Shown piece after piece: positions 1 to 12,506 of a stretch of DNA of 38,768 nucleotides. Source of the DNA: Jimgerdemannia flammicorona (lineage: Eukaryota); assembly GCA_003990765.1 (NCBI GenBank), contig RBNJ01000156.1:1-38768 (forward strand), read 5' to 3'. The first letter of the stretch is position 1; each line of letters opens with the position of its first letter. The notes beneath the pieces were generated by a model, which was given only the letters and a program-made list of their open reading frames with translations, was not told the origin of the DNA and searched no databases. Both the position numbers and the translations under genes were made by a program.

Positions 1-249
1 TGTTTTTTGAGAGCTTTCTGCCTTCTTTCCTGGTAGATTTTCTTGATTCTATTGATGCACTGGTAGTAATCATCAATATGTTTCATATAGTACATCTTGA
101 TTCTGTGGGGGCCAGTGATATATATCCTTCAATAATCTTTTTATATTATTCTTCTTTACTGATCCATTTGACTTTCTTCTTCTTTTTCTGAGTAGTTACC
201 ATATAAGCTTCTTTTTGCTCACTTTTTCTTCCTCTATCTCAGGCAGTAC

Positions 250-620
250 TCCTTTGTTGATATTGATGGGAATTCACATCTTCTGACCTTGGTAGATAAT
301 CTACATCTTCTGGGCATTAAGATCTGGCTTTATGAAGCCACTGATTACTGATGAGGATGTCATAGCTGGTATTATTAGTTATGATCACATCTACTGAGAT
401 AGTTGCTCCTCTAAACTTGATGGGAATATCTCATATCTTTCCTAGAGATGTGGCTCTTATACTATCTACTGTGATGAACACTAATTTGATTGCTTCTTCA
501 ACCTCTCAACCTAGGTGGTCTGCTGCTTTCTTACTGAAAAGGCATTCTCCTGCTTCAGTGTCAATGATGGTCTCAAAGATTCTATCTTCAATTTGACAGA
601 TTATATAGGTAGAGGCTTGC
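250..620 (-). pseudogene. Retroviral-type aspartic protease relic of the gypsy element
   Basis: Minus-strand translation IEDRIFETIIDTEAGECLFSKKAADHLG*EVEEAIKLVFITVDSIRATSLGKI*DIPIKFRGATISVDVII; DTE is a mutated D-T-G active site. Confidence 0.85.
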
Positions 621-679
621 AATTATCTTCACTCTCTTCTCTAGAGTCTTCTTGAACATTGTTGGTCTCAGTTATCTTC

Positions 680-2223
680 TATTCTTTTATTATCAATTAT
701 CAACCAATCTATATTATATTAATATAAAGACACTAATGTACCTTTCACTCAATCCCATATGGACTCCTTAACCCCCCTCCCTCCCCCCCCCTTCTGAGAG
801 TCACCAACCCCCCAGCAATTCCAACTCTCCTCTTACTCTTCTTGCAGATACTTTCTACAAGTCTTCTATAGCCTCCCCTACCAAGTCCCCACCCCTGCCA
901 CCACTCATTCAAAATGTCTATCAATAGCCACTCTCATCTCACAACTCTTACCCCAACTACTAACTGCTGACCATCCTCAAATACATAGAGCCAATGTCTG
1001 GTCAGCCTAATCCAGATGGCCAGAGCCTACCCTAAAGTCAGCCACTCATCTCCAACACCTTTTACTAATCTCTGCTGAAGATTACCCCACCTCTTCCCCT
1101 CCCCTCTCTCTAAAGATTGCAGCCCCAATTGGTCCTCAATAACCTGCTAGTAATCTCTCAGAACCTTGCACTTTCCAAGCCAATGCTTAGGGGTCTGCAC
1201 TATACTCCCCTTCTGCCCAACATTCAGATACTCTTTACACTCCACTATACCCCCTTTCACCAAGTGTCCTGACTGGTAGTTCAGCATGATATTACACCTC
1301 AAAATCCACCACTATACCACCCAGAACTTGGGGGGGAGCCATCTTGCCACCTGCTTACACTAAGACCAGACCCCATTTCAGTTCTACTCTTTACCAATCT
1401 CTACCCCCTGCTATGCTTCAGACCACAAATCTCTTCTATACTCCTACAAATATTCCATATCATCTTCTAGTTGAAAATCCTCCATCAGTATATCTCCTAA
1501 CAGTAGGCAGTCCCATCTCTATATCTGTGGTCCCCATTTCTCCTCCCCCTCATCACCTCTCTACCAGAGACCAATATGGTGGGCACTCTTCACCACTCCC
1601 CACCAGAATCTCTTATAGCACATCTTCTTACTTCCTTCAAGAGTCACTAGAGAGAGCAGGTCACCAGTTGTATTTCAGAGAGAGTGCCAAGTCTCCCACA
1701 CTCTCTGCATAAGGAGCACCCACTTTTAATCTCTCAATTTGCTTATCTGCCTCAACCACCATACTCTCAGACAGTGCAGATGCTGGTAAAGTCCACTAAG
1801 CTAAGTTCACCTCTGTCTACTAGCAGTGTCAACAAGCTGATCTGGCTCCTCTGGCCTGCCCAAATCTATGACCTGGCCATCTTCAACAGTCTTTTGACCA
1901 CCTATGTCAGGAAGTCCAAGTGATACCCAACATACTATAGCTTCAGCAGTCAGTATATATTCAGCACCATCACTCTCTCTATCAGAGAGATGTACTGACC
2001 TCTCTATTCCACAAAAACATTTCTCCAAACTCATATACCAAAAATTAGATCCCTAAGTAGCAGACTGTCTCACCAGCTGAGACCAATATCACCTCCAACT
2101 ATTCCTCCACCTAGAACCAGAGTCTCATACTTATGTCAATTGAGCCTGACACCCAAACATCTCTCATATCATTCTACTGTACTCCTCAGTACTACTATAT
2201 TCTCTACAGAGCCCAGCTCAATA
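680..2223. mobile_element. ~1.54 kb unclassified insertion nested between gypsy gag and protease
   Basis: Flanked by direct repeat TTATCTTC (672-679 and 2224-2231); the related gypsy copy has the uninterrupted site once (CTATCTTC, 13539-13546); C-rich plus strand, CpG-free. Confidence 0.7.
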
Positions 2224-2329
2224 TTATCTTCCATCCTTGTTCCTTAATTGTCTCAGTAAGTTCATATCTCATTTGTTATCTGAATGTGGGTATTTCTGCT
2301 AGCTGACCTAAGGTTACATTGACCTTTTG

Positions 2330-3510
2330 TTAACTGAGGTCCTTAAAGATATTATACTTGAAAGTCTTGGTCTTGTGAAGCTTCTTCTCCTTTTCTCTTT
2401 CATTAGCTAGGATAGTTCCTTGAATGATATCTTGAACAGTTTGTTCCAACTCTATATCTTGATCTGTTTCTTCAGATTTTTTTTCTATAGCAGTTTCTAT
2501 CTGTTTTTCCACAGAGTTCTTCTTGGGTCTTCCTGGCAGTCTTTTGTAGGATTGCTTGTGGACATCCTTCTTGACAGTCTCAGTAGAGTAGACTTTCCAT
2601 TATTCTTCATCTAATTCTTCAATCTTCTCAAAGATGATAGTATTGATCTGTTTCTTATTTTAAGTAGTATTACTTGGCTGGACCTTGTGTTTGATTTCAC
2701 TCATATATTTATATGAGTAGTAGTCTTCTTCTCTATAGGTGTAGCAGATATCTCTCTTCTTATCTGAGGTGGTGACAAACTTCTGAACCAGGTGGTGATC
2801 TCTTCCTCTAATTTCTTTTACCATATCTTCTAGATGGACTGTCATTTTGGTAAACTTCTTGACAAGTTCCTCCATTGGGTCACTGTTTCTCTACTACTCA
2901 GTTGCTCTTGGCTGAGGTGTGCTTCAATTGATCACTATAGTAGAGATTATGCTAGTTATCTTAGGTGCTTTGATTCTGACTCTAGTAACTCTTTCTATTA
3001 TATAGTCTTGTAGATATCTGACTATCTAATATCACTGGGTATAGGTAATCTTTTGTACTAAATTCAAGACTACTAGTGATGAGCAGATGGCTAGAGCTAT
3101 CTCTGAATGGACTCTTTTCATAAAGGTTGTCTTAGCTACTTGATCTCTGATGGTGGCAGTATAATCTGCAAAAATTATCTAATATTGGATTCTGGTATAG
3201 AATGTATTTGAATTCTTGCTCATTTCTTGACATATTGTATTGAACTGATTCTTCAGGACTTGCTTGATCTCATCTATATAGTAGGTGGTTTGGAGCCAAG
3301 CCTTCTATACTGCTAGCATGGTATTGTCATTATTTCTTATATAGATTGTAGCTGTAAATACTACTCTTGCTAGTCCTTAGAGACTAAAGGATATGAGGAC
3401 TACTTGCTGTACTGCTGTCAGAGTCCTTATAGCAGCATACTGCTCAAAATAATCAATGAAGATAATGGTTGATTTATTTGAGATATATCTGTAGAATACT
3501 GATAGTCTCA
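2330..3510 (-). pseudogene. gag relic with decayed CCHC zinc knuckle
   Basis: ORF fragments 2330-2512 and 2660-2875; ICYTYREEDYYSYKY fits CX2CX4HX4C after C->Y, G->D, H->Y, C->Y changes. Confidence 0.75.
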
Positions 3511-3612
3511 TATCTATCTTATCTAGATGTCTTGATTTGATTTGTATAGTTGTTCAGATGGTAGCAGTTATTTATTGTTCAGCTTAAAAGTGAGAAATTT
3601 ATCTTGAATTAT

Positions 3613-3628
3613 CAGCCAATGGGCACCA
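3613..3628 (-). promoter_or_regulatory. Primer-binding site of the gypsy element
   Basis: TGGTGCCCATTGGCTG on the minus strand, 3 nt inside the LTR end; begins with TGG (complement of tRNA CCA); priming tRNA uncertain because of C->T decay. Confidence 0.65.
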
Positions 3629-3631
3629 AGT

Positions 3632-4108
3632 TATAATATAGTGGATACATAACTGGGTAAGTATATCAAATTTCTGTATCTTGAAAACTTGATCTTCTTT
3701 GACTCTATAGAGTCCTCAGAATACAGGGGTGAGTTCAAAGTATATCTGCCTGCAGGCTTACTAGTTCCTTTGCTTTCTCTTTGCTTTGAACTATTTTGAT
3801 CTGAGATTTATTCACTCTAGATACTAGGGATATTTATATAAGTTTGCTAGCTATAAGGTGGCTAAGTTATGACTATGTTTCCTATGAGTCACTTTTCAAC
3901 ATCTGCTAAATCTTTAATGATTGCTAAAACTTTAACATCTGTGAAGTTTTCAACATTTACTAAAACTTTAACATTTGCTAAAACTTAAATGTTTGCTAAA
4001 TATGACAGCTATTTATAAGGCTATACTATATTTGGGAATCAGATTCAGGTACCACAATCAAATGTCAATTCCCCTGATTTATGTTCCTAATTCGGATCAA
4101 CCATCACA
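3632..4108 (-). repeat. 5' LTR (~477 bp) containing ~18-19 bp internal tandem repeats (~3890-4000)
   Basis: Starts TGTGATGG on the minus strand, abuts the PBS, and aligns by eye with the LTR start at 38579 (TGTGACGG...GACAYTTGATYG...ATTCCCAAA..TAGTATAGC). Confidence 0.75.
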
Positions 4109-7100
4109 ACATATTCAGTTGTTCGGTTACCTACTGTCGAATCGAAGTGAATTCGCAAGCTATTTTCCGCGGCCATGTGAAGCAACGCATTGTTAATCAA
4201 ATATAATGCCGGACGATTTCAACCCACAATGCTTTCGTTTCGGAAGAACCCATGATTGTTGCCGACTCGGTGGCACCTTCGGCATCAACTTTCACAAGGC
4301 CGTTAGGAAAATAATGAATCAATTTATGAGAACGCAGTGTCCTTTTAAACTTTGACGAAAACAATTACCTTTTGTTTCCTTTGAGGTAAAAGACTTCGCC
4401 CGCTGAAGAGAAAAATCCCAAATCACGCTTTGGGATTTTGCGTTCACAGCACTCCCATATTAAAGACCATGGGCATACAATATGCGTTGGTGCCGAGAGC
4501 CGAGTAGAGAAAAGACTGTGAGAAAGCTTTTTTTTTTTTTTTTTTTAGGTTCTGTTCCGGCATACGCATTACAAAACAAGATCGCAGTAATCATATTTAA
4601 CTGCTTTAGCATATTTCTCAAAAAATTTCTGCAAAGCACAATTACAATAGATCAACTTCACCGGCTCTTATTCGCCAATTGTCGCAAGAAATTCAGAATC
4701 ATGGGATACTCTATGCAAGGATATAGTAATAAACGGGCTTCTCAAATTGTAATGGCGTGGTTGATAACGGGAAAATTGCCGATGGGTAAATGCTTTTTGA
4801 GGATCGAAATTTTGCGATGAAGCGTATATACAATGTTTAAATCGGTTTAACGTCGTTGATTTCGACAGCTATATATATATAATACATCACGATGACGAAC
4901 GCGACTGCGGTTTGAGCGTCACGCCGTTTAGGTGAGATAAGATAATCATGATATTTCAAATAATACAGGTGTAAATAAGCAATAATGAACTCCTACCTAT
5001 ATAATATAGTCATTAATTTTACCTTAATTGTAAGAATTAGTATACTGCTTTCGAATGTGGGATCGACATATTAAGTGATAAAAATAAGTCTGGATATTAT
5101 AGTAGTGAAAAAAACGAAGATCAATGAATTAGCTGTTATGATATTTTTGACCACTTTCGAAGAAAGATATGGGATATGGTTTTCAGACTGACTACATAAA
5201 TTTTTTTTTGTGGATCCTCACCCTGAAAATTTATTTGAGCGACCTGTCCGCCAAGCTCTATCGCAAAAAGTAATTTTAGTCAATTTAATTACGATTTGGC
5301 AATTTTTCCATAAGTATGCATGCTCTAGGTTGGAGAACGCACTTACAAAGTTGCACGTGAGTATTATTCTACGCTGGAGAGGAGAATTTCGGGATAGGCG
5401 TCGGTTTAATAACACATACAAGAAATTTTACTTTTTTTTGTGTTTGGGATTGGAACTATGAATATAATCCAGATAAATGGCCTCCATTATGTTTTCAAGT
5501 AAAGGTAAAAAGAAATAGATCATACCCAATCGTTACATGATTCGCATAGCAACAACTGTATATACGTAAATAATGGGACCATACAATTATAACGTTCAAG
5601 CTCTAAATTCTCATACCCATACAACAAGGCCTACTGCTCCGGTCTATCAAGCCCAGGAAAGGCTCCCATACTCATGCTGTTAATAAAGCTACTTATAACC
5701 GGTCGTTCGGTATGATGTAATGTCACTGTCGTGAACGAAACACACGACTCCTCCTGTTTTTACGACCCATCAACATCGGCTAGTTTACCAAAAGAGGTGC
5801 ATGAATCGCCAGGCTGAACATACCAATCATTTTTGGAGGTGTTACTGTATACATATTCAGTTGTACAGTTACCTACTGTCGAATCGAAGTGAATTCACAA
5901 GTTATTGTCCGCGGCTATGTGAAGCAACACATTGTTAATCAAATACATTGCCGGACGATTTCCACCTTTCGTTTCGGCAGAACCTCATGAATGTTGCGGC
6001 GCCTTCGGCATCAGCTTTCACACGACCGTTAGGAAAATGATAAATCGATTTTATGAGAATACAATGTCTTTTACACTTTGATGATAGCAATTATATTTTG
6101 TTTCCTTTGAGGTAAAAGACTTCGCCCGCTGAAGAAAAAAGTCCCAAATCACGCTTTGGATTTTCAGTTCACAGCACTTCCAAATTTAAAGGTCATCACG
6201 GGAAGAGGAAACTGATTAGATTCTATATTTGCAAAGATATATTTTAAACATATATGTATTATAAATATAAAATGCGATATTCAATTGGTAGCTGCATTAT
6301 CTGATAGCTGGTGCCGGCTAGAGAAAGGTTATGAGAAAGCTTTTTTATTTTATTTTATTTTTTTTAAGTTCTGTTACGGTATATGCATGACAAAAACAGG
6401 ATCGCAATAATCCTTGACTGCTTTAGCATACATGTCGTTTACCCTATTTCTCAAAAATATCTGCAAAGAACAATTACGATAGTTCACCGGCTCTTATTCG
6501 CCAATTGTCACAAGAAATTCAGAACCATGGGATACCCGATGCGCGGATATGGTAATAAATGGTGGGGCAAAAGGGGTGTGAAAGAAACTTGCAAATTGTA
6601 ATGTGGTTGATAACGGGAAAATTATATATGTATAATTGCCAATGGGTAAATGTTTTTTGAGGATCGAAACTTTGCAGTGTTTGAATCAGTTTAACGTAGC
6701 TATCTATAAAAATATATTTGGAAATGGTGGCGTGATTACCAGGAAAAAAAAGTATTGCACCGTCGCGATGACGATGAACGCGACTGTGAGCGTGACTTAA
6801 ATCGTTTAAGTGAGATTTCTTCATTCATTTAATCTTAATTGTAAGAATACTATATTGCTTTCGAATGTGGGATCGACATGTGGATTGATAAAATGAGCCT
6901 GGATATCATGGTTGCGGAAGAAAGTAATGGATAAGATCAAAATAAATAACGGCTGGATGGAGATAATTTCACACAAAAGAAGACCAATGAATTAGCTATT
7001 ACGCTATTATTGACCATTATATATTTTTTTCTGGATCTTCACTCTGGAAATTGATTCGAGCGACCTGTCCGCCATGCTCTGTCGCAAAAAATAATTTTAG

Positions 7101-7810
7101 TCGATTTACGATTGGACAAGTATGGTCCTTTTATTTTTATCGCACTTGCAAAATAAATGTATCAGTAAAAATTCGGATTGGAGAACGCACTCGTAAAGTT
7201 GCACGCGGGTATTTTTCTGAATTACGTTTCTTTTTGCGTTTTGAATTTGGATTATGATTCACTCTTATGGTACAAAAGGGTCATTTCGGATATCGTAGAA
7301 ATAAATAGCTTTTATTATATCTGCAAAAAAAGTGAAGAACATCAAATAAATGGAGTTGATTGCCCGAAGCAACAACTGTACGTAAATAATGGGACTACAC
7401 TTATAATGTCTAAGTATCATTTGGTATGACGTAATGTCACTGTCACGAGAGAGTGGCAGGATGTTTCCACGACCATCAGTATCGGCTAGTTTACCAAACG
7501 AGATTGCCAGGCTGAACTTTTTGGTGTTACTGTATACACATAGTTACCTACTATCGAATCGAAGTGGCTTCTCAAGTTATTTTACTTGTCACTATTGAAG
7601 CAACACATTATTAATCAAATACAATGCCTGACAATTTCCACCCACAATTCGATTCGGCGGCGCCTTCGGCATCAGATATCACGCGGCCGTAAGGAATATA
7701 ATGCAACATAATTCACGATAACACAATGTCTTTTAAACTTAATTATCCTTTATTTTATTTGAGGTAAAGGACTTCGCATGTGCAGCTCGCTTAGGAGAAA
7801 GATCCCAAAA
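4109..7810. repeat. Diverged tandem array of a ~1.7 kb non-coding unit: 4109-5850, 5851-7535 and partial 7536-~7810
   Basis: Collinear shared blocks, e.g. GTTACCTACTRTCGAATCGAAGTG and TTTGAGGTAAARGACTTCGC in all three copies; CTTTCGAATGTGGGATCGACAT and CGGCTAGTTTACCAAA in copies 1 and 2. Confidence 0.92.
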
Positions 7811-7977
7811 CAGTACGCGCACATCCCGTGATAATATCTGTTTCTTTCTACTTTACTTTGATTTTGGAATACCTTTTCCTTCGGAAGGGCCACTAAATTC
7901 GCTACTCAAAACGGAAAAAGGTATCAAAGTGATTTAATTCGTTTTCCAACACAAACTCGGTAATAGAAGGCGTTGTC

Positions 7978-7980
<3 letters not shown>

Positions 7981-8030
<50 letters not shown>

Positions 8031-8033
8031 AAA
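7981..8033. repeat. T30 immediately followed by A23 (self-complementary homopolymer pair)
   Basis: Read directly from the sequence. Confidence 0.9.
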
Positions 8034-8637
8034 GGATATCCTGGCGAAGACTGCTACTAGCTTTTCGTATGGGTAGCTTGACTACTCTGCTATTTTACAT
8101 TTAACAGCTGTTTCAATGCTCACGCCAAGTACGTATTGTGGTATGCGCTTGACTCGAGACGGATTCACTGGGGAGGGTGATGTCGGCTGAATATTGTAGT
8201 CAGTGAGTTCTAGCAATAGCAGATGAACCATAAGCAAATGTGGTACTATAGACTTTTAGATCCAGTGGCATAAACCTCATTGCTACCTCTCCTAAGTTCT
8301 CTGTTTTGCGAAAACTCTAGATGCAGACAAGCTGCAAGGGTATTTATACAAAACAAACTGTAAATGTGCTACGTAATTGCTAAAATAACGAGGGAGCAAG
8401 TAATACTGGGCTCCGTCGTCGGATATTCTAGTATGTTCAAACCAGGGATCTTCGGACAAGCCACTGATCGTTCCAAAGGTCTAGGCCACCTGAGGTCTAG
8501 ACCACCTACTGCGATCTAGGCCGTCAACAGTTTAAAGAATGTGGGAGAAACTCTAATTACAATTCACATCGGCCACTTCAACTCAAATTCTGCTTTGGAA
8601 ACAGCCGAAAGGCACCGCCACCCTTCCCAGCCTCTAG

Positions 8638-8796
8638 CCCCTGTAATATCGGGACCGCGCCACACGACACTTTGGGGCACGTCAATCATAAAATAAAGTG
8701 TATCGTGTAAAACCGCCTAGTGAGGTCCCCGAACTTGCGGTCCCGCGAGTGACAAGAATTAAAAGTGACAGCCCGGCTTCGGATATTACGAAGGGG
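8638..8796. other. Compact nested-stem element (candidate structured ncRNA or foldback element)
   Basis: Three nested stems: CCCCT-GTAATATC 8638-8650 / GATATTAC-GA-AGGGG 8782-8796; GGGACCGC 8651-8658 / GCGGTCCC 8737-8744; ACACGACACTTT 8662-8673 / AAAGTG-TA-TCGTGT 8695-8708. Confidence 0.5.
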
Positions 8797-10695
8797 TGTG
8801 CACCCGGAACAGCCCTCTTTTGATTTTTGACCTCGCCACAAGACGCCTGATTTTGGATGCAAGCGGTAAACCTGGATACCAGAACTCGCTGGGGTGATTT
8901 CGTTCGCTTCAGATGCATAAGAATGAAAAATAATTCAGCTTTATGGAATCCGGTTAGTTGTTGAGCATGTTTCACTCCCCACCCTGTTGAGATACTCGTA
9001 TCTGCTTCTCTCGTCATTTTACTTCTAAAAATATAAGTCCTGAATGATTAAAGTTGCTAAGAGATCTAGCAGGTCTAAGCATAAAAGTGAACGAACCTTG
9101 AGATATTTTCAGATTTGAGTTTGAATGTGAGCACTTCACACGAGCTAAATTTCTCCTTCAACGGAATTTGATTTCCGAATACTTTTTTTTTTTAGTAAAA
9201 TTAATAAACGTAGATATTAAAGAATTAGATTGCATTTTCTCTGCATGTCAGGCCCATTTAACGACTGGACATCGGAAGTGTTCTGCACAAAGCACTCAGC
9301 CACACAGCCACACAGCCACTTGTCCCCAAAGTGGCGCAATCACCAAGCCTCAACTGGTAACACCCCACCCCAGCAGCACATGCTTTGTCACAAAGGACCC
9401 TGTGCCTGTTGAACGTTGTCCCATTATAGCAATCTAGACGTTGGGAATTCCCATTAGCGTACCAGTCTATTTTCGGAAAATACTGTCATGAGATATTTTT
9501 AAAGCTCGCTAAACAAATGGCGATAACACGCTATTGAACGAGTGTCCGAAAGCAAAATTGAACACATAATGCGCTTGTAGAGTCGCTGTCCGCCACATGA
9601 CATTGTCAATCTGGATGTGCTATTGTTTCCCGTGCACAATGTAAACAACCCATATCCAACCGTGGAAAGCCATAAACACAAAACTGTTACATGTTCCAAT
9701 GGGGACAGCACCCCACTTAGTTTTCGGAGAATTCATACGAGGCTCCATTCTAAATAGACTAACTGGAATTCGGTCAACTCTTCGTAGCATCTGCTTTATT
9801 TTAGGGTATTCCAATGCACCGGGAACACGTTCACGAATCTCAAGCTTGGGTATGGTACTTACAGAGGGTCGTGGTCGTAAATGTCGTGAAATTATATAAT
9901 TTAGTTTCGTTGTTCGTGTATTTGTTTACAGCTTCCTATTTTAACTTCCGAATTAACGCCGCAGCACATTGAATCAGAAACCTATAAAAGTTTAGCGAGG
10001 AGCGATGAGTGATGAAGGACGCGATTTTGCATTTCCGCAGTTCGGCGTCACTATTTGAATGCGTCCCACCGTCGAATATTCCTTATCATTCTCTCGCGCC
10101 TCATCTCTTTACCTAGATAATGGTTCCACGCAACCACGGTGTCAACAATTCGGCAGGAGCTTCCCGGTATCTCGGACAGTCGGACGGTTGTCTTGTTCGC
10201 TCGCGATCTTAATCTGGATGTGCTTATTTTAGTGAGCATGAATGCAGCTTCTGATTTTCTGTTAATGGTTGAGGGAAATAATGTTAATATGTATTCATTG
10301 GAAGGGGAATCGGAAAGATGCTTGCTGGGTATAAAGCCGATGGCTAAGTCAATGAGCTCTGCTGCTTGGTCATAGGCGCTCTGTCATTAATAATAATAAC
10401 AACATATTTGTGGGCAAAATTCTTGTGCTTCGCACAATTGCCAATTGTTGATGTTGAATGCTGTTGGTCGTACTTTTGTAACCTGCCGAAGAAACGCAAG
10501 AGCACGTAAACAGACGCCGTTGAAAGTTTGCGCCAAGCTTGGTGGCGTTTGGCACAGGTGACCGTGGCCTCTAAAAATAGGGACCGCAGTCAAAAACACG
10601 GAAGGTTTGCTATAAAGTGAATAAAGCCCCACAAGCGTACGTAACTCAAGGCTTTGCCTCCTCTCCACTACTATTCTTTATTCTTGTCGCAAACG

Positions 10696-11967
10696 ATGTG
10701 CTCCAATCCCCTCGGCCTACCGCCTGAGCTACTCCATGAGATATTTTTGTATCTCTTGCCACCGCCAAGTGTACCAACCTTGCCATTCGATCTCATTGCA
10801 TGCTCGATGGTGTGCATAACCTGGCATTTTGCGGCGCGGAAACTTTTCGACCTCAATCGGCTTGGGGGCTTCGAGTTCATTTACCCAAAACGAAACTTCG
10901 CAGATTCGGTACCAAGGCTGACCGAAACTTTGGTCGAATCCCCAAAATACGGACTCGTCTACTATAGCTCGGACCGTGCGGTGAAGGTCTGCAAACGACC
11001 AGACGACTGTAACCTAGCCGCAGGCGCCCCCAAGTCCTTCCTACGCTTGCGTCCAACCGACCTCTCCAAGCTCCGCGTCACAATTTTATTCAACCCTTCT
11101 TTGCCAGCTGCATCAATCCACCGCTTCCGCCATCTCCTTGATGGTATCCAATCGTTCTGCGCGTCCATCACGACTCTTCACCTCAGCCATTTTGCTTATT
11201 CCTACGAACACACCATCCGACTCGCCGACTTCGTCTTAGCCCTCGCCCCGCGCCTCGAGGCCATCCGCGTCACCCACGGTACCATTCGTCCCTCCCTATG
11301 CTCCGCCATGCGTCTCTGCTACAACCTCCGCTGGTTTGAAGCCCACTATACCCTCGATTGCGACCTCGCTTCCCTTCTACCTGCGTGGCCCAACCTCCGC
11401 CATTTTGGTATCACCGCCGGAGCCCTCCTCGACGGACCTCCGCCACCACTTCTCCTCGCGCGTCACTGCCCCCTTCTCAAATCCCTCTGGCTCAATAATA
11501 TATGTATTCGAGATCCTCACCACGTTGGATTCAATGCCCTCTTCAGGTGCTGCTCAAACTTGACCGAGCTCAGGCTATGGACGAGCACGCGATTCGATGA
11601 CGCGCTACTCGACGACATCCTCCTGCCTTACGGGCTCGCACTCCGTCACCTTGACTTCTACGTTGCAAGTGTCACGGGCAAGAGCGCGGTGGTTGACGGG
11701 CGATGGCCTAATTTAAGGTCGCTGGCGCTGTACGAATGCCATAACGTCTCTGGAGAGTTCGTCGAAAAGGTTGCGGAGGCGTGTCCAATGCTTGAGTGGG
11801 TCATACTTCCGAGGAAACTGAAAGACAAGGTGCCGAATCCATTGTATCGTTTTGGTTTTAGACAGCTACAGGAGAGGGGATTTCGGAATACGTGGACCAA
11901 GGCGAAGGGAAATGGAACGGTATCGGAGCAGAGTGTTAAGTTTTATGATAACGCGAGGTTTTCCTAG
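10696..11967 (+). CDS. F-box / leucine-rich-repeat protein (423 aa from ATG 10696, intronless)
   Basis: N-terminal F-box LPPELLHEIFLYL...ACSMVCITWHFAA; Cys-type LRRs (HCPLLKSLWL, CCSNLTELRL, WPNLRSLALYECHNVS, ACPMLEWVIL); TATAAA at 10611-10616. Confidence 0.9.
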   Translation: MCSNPLGLPPELLHEIFLYLLPPPSVPTLPFDLIACSMVCITWHFAARKLFDLNRLGGFEFIYPKRNFADSVPRLTETLVESPKYGLVYYSSDRAVKVCKRPDDCNLAAGAPKSFLRLRPTDLSKLRVTILFNPSLPAASIHRFRHLLDGIQSFCASITTLHLSHFAYSYEHTIRLADFVLALAPRLEAIRVTHGTIRPSLCSAMRLCYNLRWFEAHYTLDCDLASLLPAWPNLRHFGITAGALLDGPPPPLLLARHCPLLKSLWLNNICIRDPHHVGFNALFRCCSNLTELRLWTSTRFDDALLDDILLPYGLALRHLDFYVASVTGKSAVVDGRWPNLRSLALYECHNVSGEFVEKVAEACPMLEWVILPRKLKDKVPNPLYRFGFRQLQERGFRNTWTKAKGNGTVSEQSVKFYDNARFS

Positions 11968-12362
11968 TAGATCGGGGCTCTATGAAAATGTTTATATATA
12001 TATTTATCATAATATTTGCTACAAAATGTATCATCGAGTTCTAAAAATATATTAGATAACATTCTCTATTACTTTGTATAAAGTTATTGATTCCATTTTA
12101 ATTTTTAATTATTTTCTTCAGTTTCTTAACCACCTCTGGCACTTAACTATGTGCTGTTTGGGCCACGTGATTTCGTCCGAGTGTGGACGGTGTTCCCGAT
12201 AAAAATTCGGTTCGGAGGTCATCGCGATCGATCGTATCAAGCTCTGAAACTAGTACAACGAGGGTGGAACGTTGGCTTTCCGGAATAGGACCGAAAATCG
12301 CTGGGTGTGCTACCTTGATATGCAGGGCTTGGCGGTTTGAGCCAAATAATTGGGGTTCATTC

Positions 12363-12404
<42 letters not shown>

Positions 12405-12506
12405 AAAGCCAGAATATTCGATCGTCCGACACATCCTAGGGCAATTTGGAATAGAATGCGGTTGTAGGAAAGAAGCATAGGAAATTCCTAGCATATCTGA
12501 CGGTGA

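Larger units (their letters stand above)
1..4108 (-). mobile_element. Degenerate Ty3/gypsy LTR retrotransposon, 5' part (5' LTR, PBS, gag, protease); continues off the left edge
   Basis: Minus-strand order LTR -> PBS -> gag with decayed zinc knuckle -> retropepsin motif; many stop codons; essentially no CpG over ~4 kb. Confidence 0.9.

Noticed and set aside
4403..4445. CTGAAGA followed by a hairpin as a hammerhead ribozyme
   Set aside because: No GAAA after the stem and no stems I/III with a cleavage triplet
4482..6601. Similar ORFs 4482-4820 and 6383-6601 in the tandem units as a duplicated gene
   Set aside because: Substitutions between copies fall at all codon positions and are mostly non-synonymous, and starts and stops differ; similarity is explained by DNA duplication
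8478..8523. Three GGTCTAGRCCACCT-like repeats as a CRISPR-like array
   Set aside because: Only ~16-20 bp period with no spacers, in a eukaryotic context
9480..10400. Protein-like minus-strand open stretches with possible splice donors
   Set aside because: In-frame stops, no recognisable domain and no coherent gene model; may be an old pseudogene
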